Source: an uncultured archaeon
Lineage (GTDB): Archaea; Thermoplasmatota; Penumbrarchaeia; JASLWR01
Direction of reading: 5' to 3'
Assembly: GCA_964342815.1 (NCBI GenBank)
Contig: CAYFHS010000003.1
Span: 1 to 64,000, forward strand
Length of the DNA: 64,000 bases
This document shows, piece by piece, positions 1 through 9,697 of this stretch (positions are counted from its first letter, which is position 1; each line of letters opens with the position of its first letter). Under the pieces are notes generated by a model. It was not told the origin of the DNA and did not search any database. It saw only the letters and a list, made by a program, of their open reading frames with translations. Position numbers and translations under genes: made by a program.

Positions 1-55
1 GAACATTTGGACTGACTTCTTGGTAAAGACGTGCCAGAATGGGACGGCTTTACAC
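1..55 (+). repeat. Partial unit of the 65-bp double-hairpin repeat family, truncated by the window edge
   Basis: GAACATTTGGACTGACTTCTTGGTAAAGACGTGCCAGAATGGGACGGCTTTACAC matches 23013-23067 at 50/55 positions, in the same orientation. Confidence 0.9.
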
Positions 56-86
56 CTCAGGTTCAGTACCGCAGATCAGCTCACGG

Positions 87-1175
87 TTATTGAGGGGGAT
101 ATCCACCGAACATCTGCTGCTGCGGCATGGGTTGCTGACCGGGGAACTGTTGGCCGGGCGGCATCTGCTGTTGCGGCATGGGTTGCTGACCGGGAAACTG
201 TTGGCCGGGCGGCATCTGCTGCTGCGGCGTGGGTTGTTGGCCGGGGAACTGCTGTTCTGGCGGCATCTGCTGCTGCGGCATGGGCTGTTGGCCGGGGAAC
301 TGCTGCTCTGGCGGCATCTGCTGCTGGCCGGGGAACTGCTGTTCTGGCGGCATCTGCTGCTGTTCAGGAGCAGCTGGCTGCTCGGAAAGGAAAGATTCTA
401 GAGAATCGTCGCCATCGGCAGGTGTATCACTCTTTTCGGAAGACTTTGCTAGAAATCCGAGGATTCCACCCACCAAAAATACCAATGCGGCAGCTATCAG
501 GATATATGCACTGATCTCAAGGTCAGAAAAACCCATGCCGATGGCTCCGCCCGATACCAAACATGCCAGAACTCCCGTGGAACCCGGTATCATCTTATTT
601 GCTGTAAAATTGCCGGAATTGTACATAAACGCCGTAGCCAAACAAACAATTCCAAATATTGACGCTACCAGTAACAGTATTGAGGGGGTATCCACCACTG
701 TCGTAGCATCCCGAAGAAATAGCATTAATAGGGATACGAGCACGGCTGCTATACCAAGACCTGCCAGGATGGTAACTATCATCCACGTCTTTCCCTGTTC
801 ACCTGAAGCAGTTTCGGTAATCCCACCGGAAGGACCCGCATCCGGGGTGTCCATCATGGGCTGCTGGCCCGGCATCTGTGGCGGTTGATCCATCATGGGC
901 TGCTGACCAGGCATCTGTGGCGGTTGATCCATCATAGGCTGCTGGCCCGGCATCTGCTGCGGTTGATCCATCATGGGCTGCTGACCGGGCATCTGCTGTT
1001 GGGGTTGTCCCATCATGGGTTGTTGTCCAGGCATCTGCTGTTGGGGCTGCCCCATCATGGGCTGCTGTCCAGGCATCTGCTGTTGGGGTTGGGGCGCCTG
1101 GTATTGACCCACAGGAGCCACGGCCGATTGGTCGGGTGCCCCTTGATAGGGGCCCGCATAATTTCCTCCGTACAT
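87..1175 (-). CDS. Pro/Gln/Met-rich low-complexity membrane protein (362 aa) with 4 central TM segments
   Basis: N-terminal PQQQMPGQQPMM[G/D]Q repeats and C-terminal PQQQMPP[E/G]QQFPGQQP repeats flank four hydrophobic segments (e.g. TWMIVTILAGLGIAAVLVSLLMLFL). SD-like GGAAGTGG lies upstream and TATA-like TTAATATA at ~1217-1224 on the minus strand. Confidence 0.75.
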   Translation of the reverse strand: MYGGNYAGPYQGAPDQSAVAPVGQYQAPQPQQQMPGQQPMMGQPQQQMPGQQPMMGQPQQQMPGQQPMMDQPQQMPGQQPMMDQPPQMPGQQPMMDQPPQMPGQQPMMDTPDAGPSGGITETASGEQGKTWMIVTILAGLGIAAVLVSLLMLFLRDATTVVDTPSILLLVASIFGIVCLATAFMYNSGNFTANKMIPGSTGVLACLVSGGAIGMGFSDLEISAYILIAAALVFLVGGILGFLAKSSEKSDTPADGDDSLESFLSEQPAAPEQQQMPPEQQFPGQQQMPPEQQFPGQQPMPQQQMPPEQQFPGQQPTPQQQMPPGQQFPGQQPMPQQQMPPGQQFPGQQPMPQQQMFGGYPPQ

Positions 1176-1432
1176 GATAAACCACTTCCTCGTGTTTCAA
1201 GTTCGATAATAATAGCTTATATTAAAATCTTCTGCATCAAGTAGCTTCACTTGCTTCTAAGTCCCGTGTTTTTCACACAATTAGCCACAGAAAGTCGGGT
1301 GCAAAATACCTTCATTGCTTATTAAAATATTTATCGGAACTCAATGTTCATGTGCCAAATATTTCAGCTTGTTACGGTTATGAATATTACTTCATATAGA
1401 TACTATGGATTCGCCACCACGAAAACAGCATT

Positions 1433-4400
1433 TTAAACAATTATAGCATCAATTTGTGTCTTCATTTTCTTTAACATTTCCAGATCTTCTGTGGAAATTG
1501 TTACTTCCTCAACTGGCAACCCCAATAATGCATTTATTTTGTTTATTGTAATTGCATAGGCAGTTTCCTTTGCAAATATTCCTTTGTTGACAAAGTCCTT
1601 GTATAAAGAATATATCTTGTAGGTATTTTCCACAAAAACATCATAGTCCACTTCTTCAACCGGCTCATACATTTTCAGGGCCCCGGCAACCAGAATGGTA
1701 TAGTCCTGTAATGCCTGTACTATGGGTTTGGTCGCTTTCGTTAGTGCCAGTTCAGTTGCCTTATCCCCTTCTGCATATGCATCTCTTAGCGTAGCTTTCG
1801 CCCACCTATAGGCCTTCAGGGCAGATTCCTTCAATGGAGCCGCTTCCTGTGAATTCAAGACGCTATTGCCAACCAACTGCTCGATTGCAGCCCCCATCTT
1901 GGCCATCTTATCCTTTTGCATCCAACTGCCCAGGGTTTTAACAGATATTCCGCTACTTTCAATATCGTGGACACGGATTTTTGTTTTTTCGTAAACATCC
2001 GGTGTTACACTTGCCGAAGTAATACCTGCCACAGCGCAAAAGGCCGCTATGAAGGGGCTGTTGGATACACCCATTCCGCAGAATCCCACTTCCTTCCCCT
2101 GTCTGATGGCCTCGAAGATTATGGCCAACATCTGCTGCACTACGGACGGGTCTTCTTCATCATACACTGCCTGAAGTTTTGCAAGGTCTCGATCAGTCAT
2201 CAATACGCCCTGGGTCAAGTCGTTGCTGCCTATTGAGAATCCGTCAATTTGTCTCAAGAATGATCTTGGATTTTGACCAACCGAGGGTATTTCCGCCATC
2301 ACAAAGAGTTTTAGACCCTTATCCCCTCTTTCAATTCCGCTGGCTTGCAGGCTGGCAGTTGTTTCGATTAATTCCTGTTCCGTTCTGACAAATGGCAGCA
2401 TGATATGGAGGTTTATTGCACCATATTGATCCCGTGCCTTCTTGAAAGCCTCTGCTTCCCAGGCATCGATTCCCCTGGAAACCCCTCTGAAACCCAACAT
2501 GGGATTATCTTCGTCAGGTTCAAAAAGAGTTCCGCCCAGGAGACCTTGATATTCGTTGGATTTATAATCCGTGGTTCTGTAAATTACATCCTTTCCGTCG
2601 AATGCCTTGGCAAACAAAGCGATCTGCTGGGACAACATTTCAGTATAAAACTCATGGCCGCTTCCATAACCTGCAACCAGAAGTCTTATTTCAATTTCAA
2701 TCTTTGTTTTTTCAAGCACCTCCAACAGTTTCTCGCCGTTGTTCGCACCGCCTGTTCCATACATGGCGATCAAAAGATGTTCTTCTTCTGTTATTTCTTC
2801 AGAATTCTTTTCACACAGGGAACAAACAAGTTCTTTGATACCACCATTATTGATCAGTTCATAAAGGGAGTCAAATATGTTAGCATCATAGGCTTTGAGT
2901 GCCTGATAATGAACTCCAATGGCGCCGAGGACGAATTCGGCACGGAGAAGACCAACCTTGAAATCAGGTATATTTTTTAACTGACTCAGCTTCTTGGCAG
3001 CATTTACATCTGCCAATATCAGACCCACCGATGTATTTGTCGGATAGTTATTTTTGATTATGTTCGTATCAATGTCTTCACCCTTTTCTTCCAGGGCGAC
3101 AGAACCACTTATCAAATGCCCATTGGACCCGTCCACAGTTATTTCCTTTCCATCCAGCGATTTCAATAGATCAAGATCGCCCACACCGATTACCGCCGGG
3201 ATATTCAGTTCTCTTGAGGTTATGGCTGCATGTGAGGTTCTGCCCCCAACATTTGCTACGATTGCTCCGGCAATGTTCATCAATGGCAGAAAATCGGGAT
3301 CCGTCCTTTCTGCAACCAGAATATCTCCCTTCCTAAAATTCACAAATGCCTCTTTATTGATCTCATTGATGAATTTTACTTCACCGGTAGCAGCACCGGC
3401 AGATGCACCGTCCGCGGTCTTCAGGATAAGTTTATCCTTTACTGCAAGTTTCAATGCAGCATCGGTAACTTCTTTTTTCCTCATCGGAATGATGCCTGGG
3501 TATAATTCCATTACCTCATTCCAGTTCGTTTCCGGTCGAGCCTGGACCATATATATTCCGGAATCATCTATGGCAAATTCTATATCCATGTATTTTCCAT
3601 ATTTTTTATGAATAATCACTGCCATTCTAAGAATTTCATCTTCTTCCTCTTTACTGAGGACCCAGGAAATCCTTTCTTCCCCGGAGGTCTCGGTTTCATG
3701 TGAACCTACTCCGTCCTCGTTTCTGATGATCTTGATTTCTTTGGCTCCAAGCGTTCTAACCCTGAGTTTCCCATCAAATCCCCGGAGAATGTTATCGGGA
3801 GTTGTTAGTCCGCCGACCACCGATTCGCCTATTCCATAATTTACATCAATTTGAACTACCCCCGCCATTCCGGTATTGGTTTCAACTGTGAAAACGGTGC
3901 CGGCCTTGGTGGAATGGACCATTCTATGTAAAACCACGCTTACAGCAATATTATCAAAATCAAATGATCTCAGAGCTCTTGCTCTTGTGGCTGCCTCGTC
4001 AAATTGCTCACCTGCTTTTTTGGCTTTTACTCTCGCTTTCTCAATTGCCTTGTTTATCTGACTTATCCGGTACTCGAGAGACCTTACGTTAAATCCCGAT
4101 GCAAAGTCTCTTTGAACATGTTCAATCACATTGTCGGTACCATATATATACACATAAGTATCCTGTGCTCCAGCAAAAGCAGCATCATCGCTATCCTCTC
4201 CAACTGCAGAACTTCTCACCGCGACCTCAACATTTTCGATATTGGACCTATCACAAATATCCTTATATCCTGCAGCAATGTCACTTTTAATGTCCTCCGA
4301 CATTTCCACAGACAGTATGGCGATTTGTGCGGTAATGGACAGACTGATCTTTGCATCATACAATGCTGCCTCATCATTACCTTTTTCCGCCAATATTTTT

Positions 4401-4783
4401 TTGGTCTCTGCAATTTTGCTGTTGATGAACTGTCTTATGGTGATGCCTTTTTCTCCGGAGATCCCTTCAGAATGAACCTTTCTGTATTCTTTCCCTTTTT
4501 TGTAAACAAATTTTGGCTGTGATAAATCCTGACTGCCATATTCAGCAATTGCATTTTCTATGAATTGATTTAGGGTTATAAAATCAACAATGGCGTTATC
4601 GAGATGTTTATTGTAAGCGGTGGCAGATACCGCACAGAAGGCCGCGGTATTTACGCCCACCAAATTTTCCAGAATAGCCAAATTATAATTCTTTCCTCCG
4701 ACCAACTCCAGTCCGGTTCGTCCCAGTTTTTCTATTTCTGCACCCGAAAGAACATTTTTTTGTACAATTATACTTTTTTCCAT
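1433..4783 (-). CDS. ppsA: Phosphoenolpyruvate synthase / pyruvate,water dikinase, enlarged (1116 aa)
   Basis: Motifs GGKNYNL, VAVRSSA..ED...AFAGAQDT, VQARPET, GGRTSHAAI (phospho-His), GLLRAEF, FEPDEDNPMLGFRG, DGFSIGSNDLTQ and FCG. Start placed at the ATG at 4783 (MEKS) behind GAAGTGA; the ORF track extends to 4909. Confidence 0.93.
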   Translation of the reverse strand: MEKSIIVQKNVLSGAEIEKLGRTGLELVGGKNYNLAILENLVGVNTAAFCAVSATAYNKHLDNAIVDFITLNQFIENAIAEYGSQDLSQPKFVYKKGKEYRKVHSEGISGEKGITIRQFINSKIAETKKILAEKGNDEAALYDAKISLSITAQIAILSVEMSEDIKSDIAAGYKDICDRSNIENVEVAVRSSAVGEDSDDAAFAGAQDTYVYIYGTDNVIEHVQRDFASGFNVRSLEYRISQINKAIEKARVKAKKAGEQFDEAATRARALRSFDFDNIAVSVVLHRMVHSTKAGTVFTVETNTGMAGVVQIDVNYGIGESVVGGLTTPDNILRGFDGKLRVRTLGAKEIKIIRNEDGVGSHETETSGEERISWVLSKEEEDEILRMAVIIHKKYGKYMDIEFAIDDSGIYMVQARPETNWNEVMELYPGIIPMRKKEVTDAALKLAVKDKLILKTADGASAGAATGEVKFINEINKEAFVNFRKGDILVAERTDPDFLPLMNIAGAIVANVGGRTSHAAITSRELNIPAVIGVGDLDLLKSLDGKEITVDGSNGHLISGSVALEEKGEDIDTNIIKNNYPTNTSVGLILADVNAAKKLSQLKNIPDFKVGLLRAEFVLGAIGVHYQALKAYDANIFDSLYELINNGGIKELVCSLCEKNSEEITEEEHLLIAMYGTGGANNGEKLLEVLEKTKIEIEIRLLVAGYGSGHEFYTEMLSQQIALFAKAFDGKDVIYRTTDYKSNEYQGLLGGTLFEPDEDNPMLGFRGVSRGIDAWEAEAFKKARDQYGAINLHIMLPFVRTEQELIETTASLQASGIERGDKGLKLFVMAEIPSVGQNPRSFLRQIDGFSIGSNDLTQGVLMTDRDLAKLQAVYDEEDPSVVQQMLAIIFEAIRQGKEVGFCGMGVSNSPFIAAFCAVAGITSASVTPDVYEKTKIRVHDIESSGISVKTLGSWMQKDKMAKMGAAIEQLVGNSVLNSQEAAPLKESALKAYRWAKATLRDAYAEGDKATELALTKATKPIVQALQDYTILVAGALKMYEPVEEVDYDVFVENTYKIYSLYKDFVNKGIFAKETAYAITINKINALLGLPVEEVTISTEDLEMLKKMKTQIDAIIV

Positions 4784-5052
4784 GGCATTCACTTCTATTT
4801 CTGTTTTCTTGAGTTCAAAATTTTCAACGGTAAGTGGCGGAGTTAGTATAAAAAATTTAGCGGAATGTTGTTTGATTTGGATAGTAAGCCGGATTTCAAT
4901 CAGCCGCATTTGCCATGGAATGTTTGGGAAAATGAACTGGTGTGCTGTCGATCTTGCATTAGGTTTTAAATGTTAAATTGCATTTAAGGATATTTAAATG
5001 GTAGGATGATAAAAGGACTACCGAGTGAGATCATCCAAATTTCGACCTTCAA

Positions 5053-5463
5053 TTATTGTCCTAGATCATCAATTGCCTGCTTCAATCTCCATATCTTGAT
5101 TTTATCAGTTAGAACATCATGAAAATGTTCATCTCCAGAAATAATATCACATTCAAGAGCCAGGGCACAGGCAAGAATGGGAATATCGTCTGGATCAGAG
5201 ATCATTTTCGAAGCTTTATCCAGATAGTCCTGATATATTTCATCTTCAATCCAATTGATAAATAAGGATGAAATTATTTCATCGATCTCAGATTCCGTGA
5301 ACTGTAACTTCTTCCGAAGTATCATTTCCAATTCCTTTTTTACATAATAGGGGCTTAATATCTCAATCTTTTCTTCAATACCCAATAATAATATTTTTCC
5401 AGCATTGGAATCGATATTATAGATTCCTGAAAAAATAATATTAGTATCCAAAATATATCTCAT
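5053..5463 (-). CDS. PIN-domain (VapC-like) toxin
   Basis: N-terminal ILDTNII and C-terminal DPDD...LACA......ISGDEH supply the acidic PIN catalytic residues. Overlaps the upstream small ORF by 4 nt (ATGA). Confidence 0.85.
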   Translation of the reverse strand: MRYILDTNIIFSGIYNIDSNAGKILLLGIEEKIEILSPYYVKKELEMILRKKLQFTESEIDEIISSLFINWIEDEIYQDYLDKASKMISDPDDIPILACALALECDIISGDEHFHDVLTDKIKIWRLKQAIDDLGQ

Positions 5464-5660
5464 CCAATCAAGTCCATAAGCGAAAGGTCCAAATCTTTCA
5501 TTCGTGATTTTATTTTTTCACTGGATTTTATAAATCTTAGCTTTTTATGTTCGATAATTAACTTATGAACTACATCATCCATATTCCTAAAACCCTCATT
5601 GATTTTGATCATTGTCAGTTCCTTATGACTATTTTGGGATAGGGCGATCGTCGTTGTCAT
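5460..5660 (-). CDS. Putative antitoxin with an N-terminal ribbon-helix-helix-like DNA-binding region (66 aa)
   Basis: MTTTIALSQNSHKELTMIK...FRNMDDVVHKLI has the strand-helix-helix pattern of archaeal VapB-type antitoxins. Translationally coupled to the PIN gene. Confidence 0.7.
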   Translation of the reverse strand: MTTTIALSQNSHKELTMIKINEGFRNMDDVVHKLIIEHKKLRFIKSSEKIKSRMKDLDLSLMDLIG

Positions 5661-5674
5661 TTAACTCACTTCAT

Positions 5675-5692
5675 ATCTATAAATTTATAGAT
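5675..5692. promoter_or_regulatory. Perfect 18-bp palindrome over the TA promoter (probable autoregulatory operator)
   Basis: ATCTATAAATTTATAGAT is its own reverse complement, overlaps TATA-like sequence and lies 15-32 bp upstream of the antitoxin ATG. Confidence 0.7.
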
Positions 5693-5847
5693 TTATAACT
5701 TTTGTGCTAATGTTACTTCATTTTGAATTATTTGATACCTCATCCAAAACTGCGCCTATCGGTGAACTTCGGTCCCCTCCGATGCTTCAACTGTTCTTCA
5801 TTAGCAGCCACGCCGATTTCCCAAAATCATTTTTTATTATCCCTCCC

Positions 5848-8800
5848 CTACTCCACCTTAACCAACGCTTTTTCATCCGCCATCTTACCCGAAATATCTT
5901 CATTATCCTTCTCGTCCTCGTCGTACGAGGGAATGTCCTGAATGTTCTGTATGGCCACCATCTTTGAAATCCCGTCTTTGATGTAACACGCGTAAAGGTG
6001 GTCCGCGAAATTCATAATAATCTTGTGCAGCGATATCATTATGAACTGCGCAGAGGCAGAATTCTTCTTAATCATCTTCGCGATTACCTCGGAGTTGACC
6101 ATGTCGAGGTTCTGATCCACTTCATCGAGAACGTAGAACGGTGAAGGATCGTATCTCTGGAGAGCCAGAATAAATGCGATGGCCACCTGGGACTTCTCAC
6201 CACCGGAAAGGTATCTTATGTCTCTCATCTTCTTCCCCGGCGGTCTGGCCCTGATGATAAGACCGCCCTCGAAAGGCTCATCCTTGTTCTCCAGGTGGAG
6301 ATATCCCTCGCCGTTCCTGCAGATCTTTGGATATATTTCCTTGAAGTTTTCGTCGATGTGGGCAAAAACCTCCATCAGCTTTTCCTTTTTCTTCTTTTTT
6401 ACGTCCACCACCATTTTCGTCAGGGATTTTTCCTCAGCCACCAGTTTATCGTATTTTTCGGTTATCTCGTCCTTTCTCTGCTCCTCCCGGTCATATATCT
6501 CCAGGGCCACCATGTTCACCGGCTCCAGCCGTTCCATCTTTTTTTTAGAATCCGTTATGGTGTACTTCAGGTCGTCCTGCGAAGGATACGGCCCCTCTAT
6601 CTCGAAATCGTACCGGGCGATCTTGACCATGATCTCCCCTAGTTTCTCATTGCTATCGGATAACGCGGCGTTCTGGCCTATGATATAAGAATTCCTTCCC
6701 TCGATATGCACTGTAAGCCCGTTCCGTCTCCTATCCACCTCGCGCTTCTCCTCGTTTGCCTGGTCGATCTTCTGTTTTATCTCACGCATCTTCTCGTCCA
6801 GTTTGTCCGAAACGCTCCGCCTCATCTCCACCTCCTTGGATAATCTTGCAATCTCTTTATCCGCTTCTTTGGATATTTCATCCTGCTTACCCATGTTCTC
6901 AACGGCGGCCTGCTTGGTTTCCTTCACTTCTCCCAGGCGTTCCTCATAGACCTCGATCTTCGATGCCAATCCCTCGAGTCTTGCCTCGATACCACGGTTG
7001 CTTTCCAGAAGCTTTTCACGATCCTCCTTCAGCTTTTCCATCTTTGCCTTGAGCTTTTCAGGCACTACCTTCAAAGCATAGTTTTCCTTTTTCGAAATTG
7101 TTTTTCCCTTGGAACGGATCATCTCGTCCTTCTTCTCTATCTTCTCTGTGAGAACCGCCTGTTCGTCCCTTAGACCGGATATGTTGTCGGTCACACCCGT
7201 CTTCTCCTTGGTCATCCGCTCCAATCTGCTGGTGTATTCTCTTAAATTGACCTCAAGAGCCGACATATCGCCGTCCACTCGGCTCATATCCAGGGTAATC
7301 CCGGCGATCTCATCACCTATAGCTGTGAAATTCTCCACCTCTTCCTTTATCTTCCTTGTGATCTCATCCTGCTTGGCCGCAGCATCCTCCAGCTCCTTAC
7401 GCACCTCTCCGTACCTTGCATCGTCCTTTTTGCCGAATTTTATCAATTTCGCAAGACGGGAGCCGCCTGTCATGGCACCCCTCCTCTCTATGAGCTGACC
7501 GTCCAGCGTAACCAGCCTCACACCCCCCATGTATTGCCTGGCCGCTTCAAGGTCCTTTACCACCAATGTGTCGCCGAAAACATACCAGAAGGCTTTTCGG
7601 TATCTGTCATCATACTCCACGAGGTCCATGGCGAAACCGATCACTCCGGGTTTGTCCGCCACCATCAGCGCCTTTCCCCCGGCCCGGCCCCCTGTCATCT
7701 TGTTAAGGGGAAGGAAAGTTGCCCGCCCGTAGTTCCTTTTCTTCAGGAACTCGATAGCCCCGGAAGCGCTGGCGTCATTCTTCGTTACTATCGCCTGCAT
7801 CCCGCCACCGGCAGCGGTGGAAAGAGCGAGCTCGTATTCCTCGTCGACCCGTGCAAGCTGCGCTATGGTGCCGTGAATCCCCGAAAGTTTGTTATTCTCT
7901 CCCGCTTTCAGCACCATCTTCACTGCCCGTCCGTATCCCATCTCGTCGGCAGCACTTCTCTTTACTCTAAGTTTTTGATACTCCTGGTTGAGCCTGGAGA
8001 CAACTTTCTCCATGGCCTCACCTCTGTCCTTGAGGGCGACAATTTCAGCCCTTGCGGCAGATTGTCGTTTCTCAAGTTTCTTTCTCTTCTTTTTCGATTC
8101 AAGACGAAGCTTGGCTTTTTCGTCCAACTTCCATTTTATATCCCTTACCTCCATCATGAGGTTGTTTATTGTATCTTCCTCGTCACCCAGCTCTCCCAGG
8201 TGTCTGGTTATCCTGGCGTTCAACGCCTCGCTTTCCATAGCTAGAGAATGCCGCTCACTCACCGTGGTCTCCAGCTCCTTTTTTAATCTAAGCAGTTCTT
8301 CCTGCAGTTTCAGAAACCTGTTCGATGAGTCCTTCATGCTCTCGGAAAGTTCCTTGTACTCCCCATCTGCCTTTTCGAACCGTGTGCCATCGCGGGCAAG
8401 CCGTTTCGTCAGTTTATCCCGCTCATCAATCAACTTCGAAAATTCCTTATCGCCCTGAGCTATGTCCACCGTGTACTGTTCGAGCTGGAGTGCCAACTCA
8501 CCCCGCATTTCTTTGGCGTTCTCTTTTCGATCCTTTGCTTTCAAAAGATTCAACTGGTAGTCCTGGATCTCTTCGATCAGTCTTTTACTCTCCTCGTCAC
8601 CCATCTCATCCATTTTCCTTGCCAAATCCACGATTCCAAGACCCAGTTCTTTCTCCCTTTCAGCAAGAGTCTCTATCTCTCGTCTCGACGATCTTATCTC
8701 TTCTTTGTAACCTTTTATCAGCTCGTGAATGTTTTCGATAGATGCTTCGAGAGCTTGTTTTCTGGCGAATGCAAGGGTTGCCTTGGCTTTGGCCAGTTCC

Positions 8801-9480
8801 TCTTCGAACTTTCTGTATCTCAAAGCTCCATTTCGCTCTCTTTTTAACTGGCGCAAATGGCGGTCGATCTCACCAACTACCGCATCAAGTTCATCGAGAT
8901 GCTTCTTGACCTTTTCTTTCCGTTTGTTACTTTTATTGAGCGCTTCATCAAGACTGGTTATACCTGCCATATCGTCCAGTATCACCCGCCGCTGTTTTGG
9001 CGTGCTATCTGCAATATCGTTCACCGTTCCCTGCTGTACCACGTTATATCCATCGGAGGACAGTCTGGCCGCAGAGAAAATATTGTGAAATTCACCATGT
9101 GATGAAGCCCGCCCATTGATATAATAATAGGTTTTGACATCGGTAGGGCCCTTTCCCTTCTGTTTGATCTTCTTGGTGAATTTCACCACATCGGAATCAA
9201 CGTTTATCTTTCGGTCGTCGTTGGCGAAAATAAGTTTGACCTCGGCACTCTTTGCTCCCTTTCCTTTCTTGCCGCCGTCGAATATCAATCCCGCATAATT
9301 ATCTGCTCTCAGCTTCTTCGTCCTCTGGCCGCCTACCACGAATAAAAGAGCATCGGAAATATTGGATTTCCCGCTTCCATTTGGACCGCTGACCACAGTC
9401 AATCCTTGCGATAGTTTCACCACGATAGTCTGTTTTCCAAAAGATTTGAAATTCTTCATATATACTTCTTTTAGGTACAT
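5848..9480 (-). CDS. smc: Chromosome segregation protein SMC (1210 aa)
   Basis: Walker A GPNGSGKS, long coiled coils, hinge (GIHGTIAQL...GGGMQAIV...GRATFLPL), signature LSGGEKS and Walker B LDEVDQNLD. An alternative GTG start lies at 9489. Confidence 0.95.
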   Translation of the reverse strand: MYLKEVYMKNFKSFGKQTIVVKLSQGLTVVSGPNGSGKSNISDALLFVVGGQRTKKLRADNYAGLIFDGGKKGKGAKSAEVKLIFANDDRKINVDSDVVKFTKKIKQKGKGPTDVKTYYYINGRASSHGEFHNIFSAARLSSDGYNVVQQGTVNDIADSTPKQRRVILDDMAGITSLDEALNKSNKRKEKVKKHLDELDAVVGEIDRHLRQLKRERNGALRYRKFEEELAKAKATLAFARKQALEASIENIHELIKGYKEEIRSSRREIETLAEREKELGLGIVDLARKMDEMGDEESKRLIEEIQDYQLNLLKAKDRKENAKEMRGELALQLEQYTVDIAQGDKEFSKLIDERDKLTKRLARDGTRFEKADGEYKELSESMKDSSNRFLKLQEELLRLKKELETTVSERHSLAMESEALNARITRHLGELGDEEDTINNLMMEVRDIKWKLDEKAKLRLESKKKRKKLEKRQSAARAEIVALKDRGEAMEKVVSRLNQEYQKLRVKRSAADEMGYGRAVKMVLKAGENNKLSGIHGTIAQLARVDEEYELALSTAAGGGMQAIVTKNDASASGAIEFLKKRNYGRATFLPLNKMTGGRAGGKALMVADKPGVIGFAMDLVEYDDRYRKAFWYVFGDTLVVKDLEAARQYMGGVRLVTLDGQLIERRGAMTGGSRLAKLIKFGKKDDARYGEVRKELEDAAAKQDEITRKIKEEVENFTAIGDEIAGITLDMSRVDGDMSALEVNLREYTSRLERMTKEKTGVTDNISGLRDEQAVLTEKIEKKDEMIRSKGKTISKKENYALKVVPEKLKAKMEKLKEDREKLLESNRGIEARLEGLASKIEVYEERLGEVKETKQAAVENMGKQDEISKEADKEIARLSKEVEMRRSVSDKLDEKMREIKQKIDQANEEKREVDRRRNGLTVHIEGRNSYIIGQNAALSDSNEKLGEIMVKIARYDFEIEGPYPSQDDLKYTITDSKKKMERLEPVNMVALEIYDREEQRKDEITEKYDKLVAEEKSLTKMVVDVKKKKKEKLMEVFAHIDENFKEIYPKICRNGEGYLHLENKDEPFEGGLIIRARPPGKKMRDIRYLSGGEKSQVAIAFILALQRYDPSPFYVLDEVDQNLDMVNSEVIAKMIKKNSASAQFIMISLHKIIMNFADHLYACYIKDGISKMVAIQNIQDIPSYDEDEKDNEDISGKMADEKALVKVE

Positions 9481-9514
9481 ACCGGACACACCTGTTCGAG
9501 GAAATAGGATAGGA

Positions 9515-9521
9515 TATTTAA
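9515..9521 (-). promoter_or_regulatory. TATA-like box for smc
   Basis: TTAAATA on the minus strand 26-32 nt upstream of the GTG at 9489, consistent with a short-leader archaeal promoter. Confidence 0.4.
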
Positions 9522-9697
9522 GGTTCTTATGATTAGAATGTATATTTTGTTAATTTTCATTTTGTGAAAGGCCTGGATGACCTCTTGGCCGAACGCATCT
9601 GTATTTCTGCCTTGCTTTTTAAATAATTTTGCAGTGAAACCACAAAAGAAGAAAGATTTAATTAAGCAAAAGGGGATTTTTGAGGTAGGTAGTTCAA

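Noticed and set aside
1433-4783. Intein explaining the long PpsA
   Set aside because: No C/S...HN-[C/S/T] splice junction or LAGLIDADG motif. The extra length is spread over several helical inserts.
4981-5000. CATTTAA-N6-TTAAATG inverted repeat upstream of ppsA as an operator
   Set aside because: Short AT-rich arms about 200 bp from the start could arise from TATA-like sequence by chance, so it is too weak to call.
5848-9480. Wadjet/MksBEF-type defence SMC
   Set aside because: It is a canonical hinge-containing SMC with no jetA/B/D or mksE/F/G-like neighbours.
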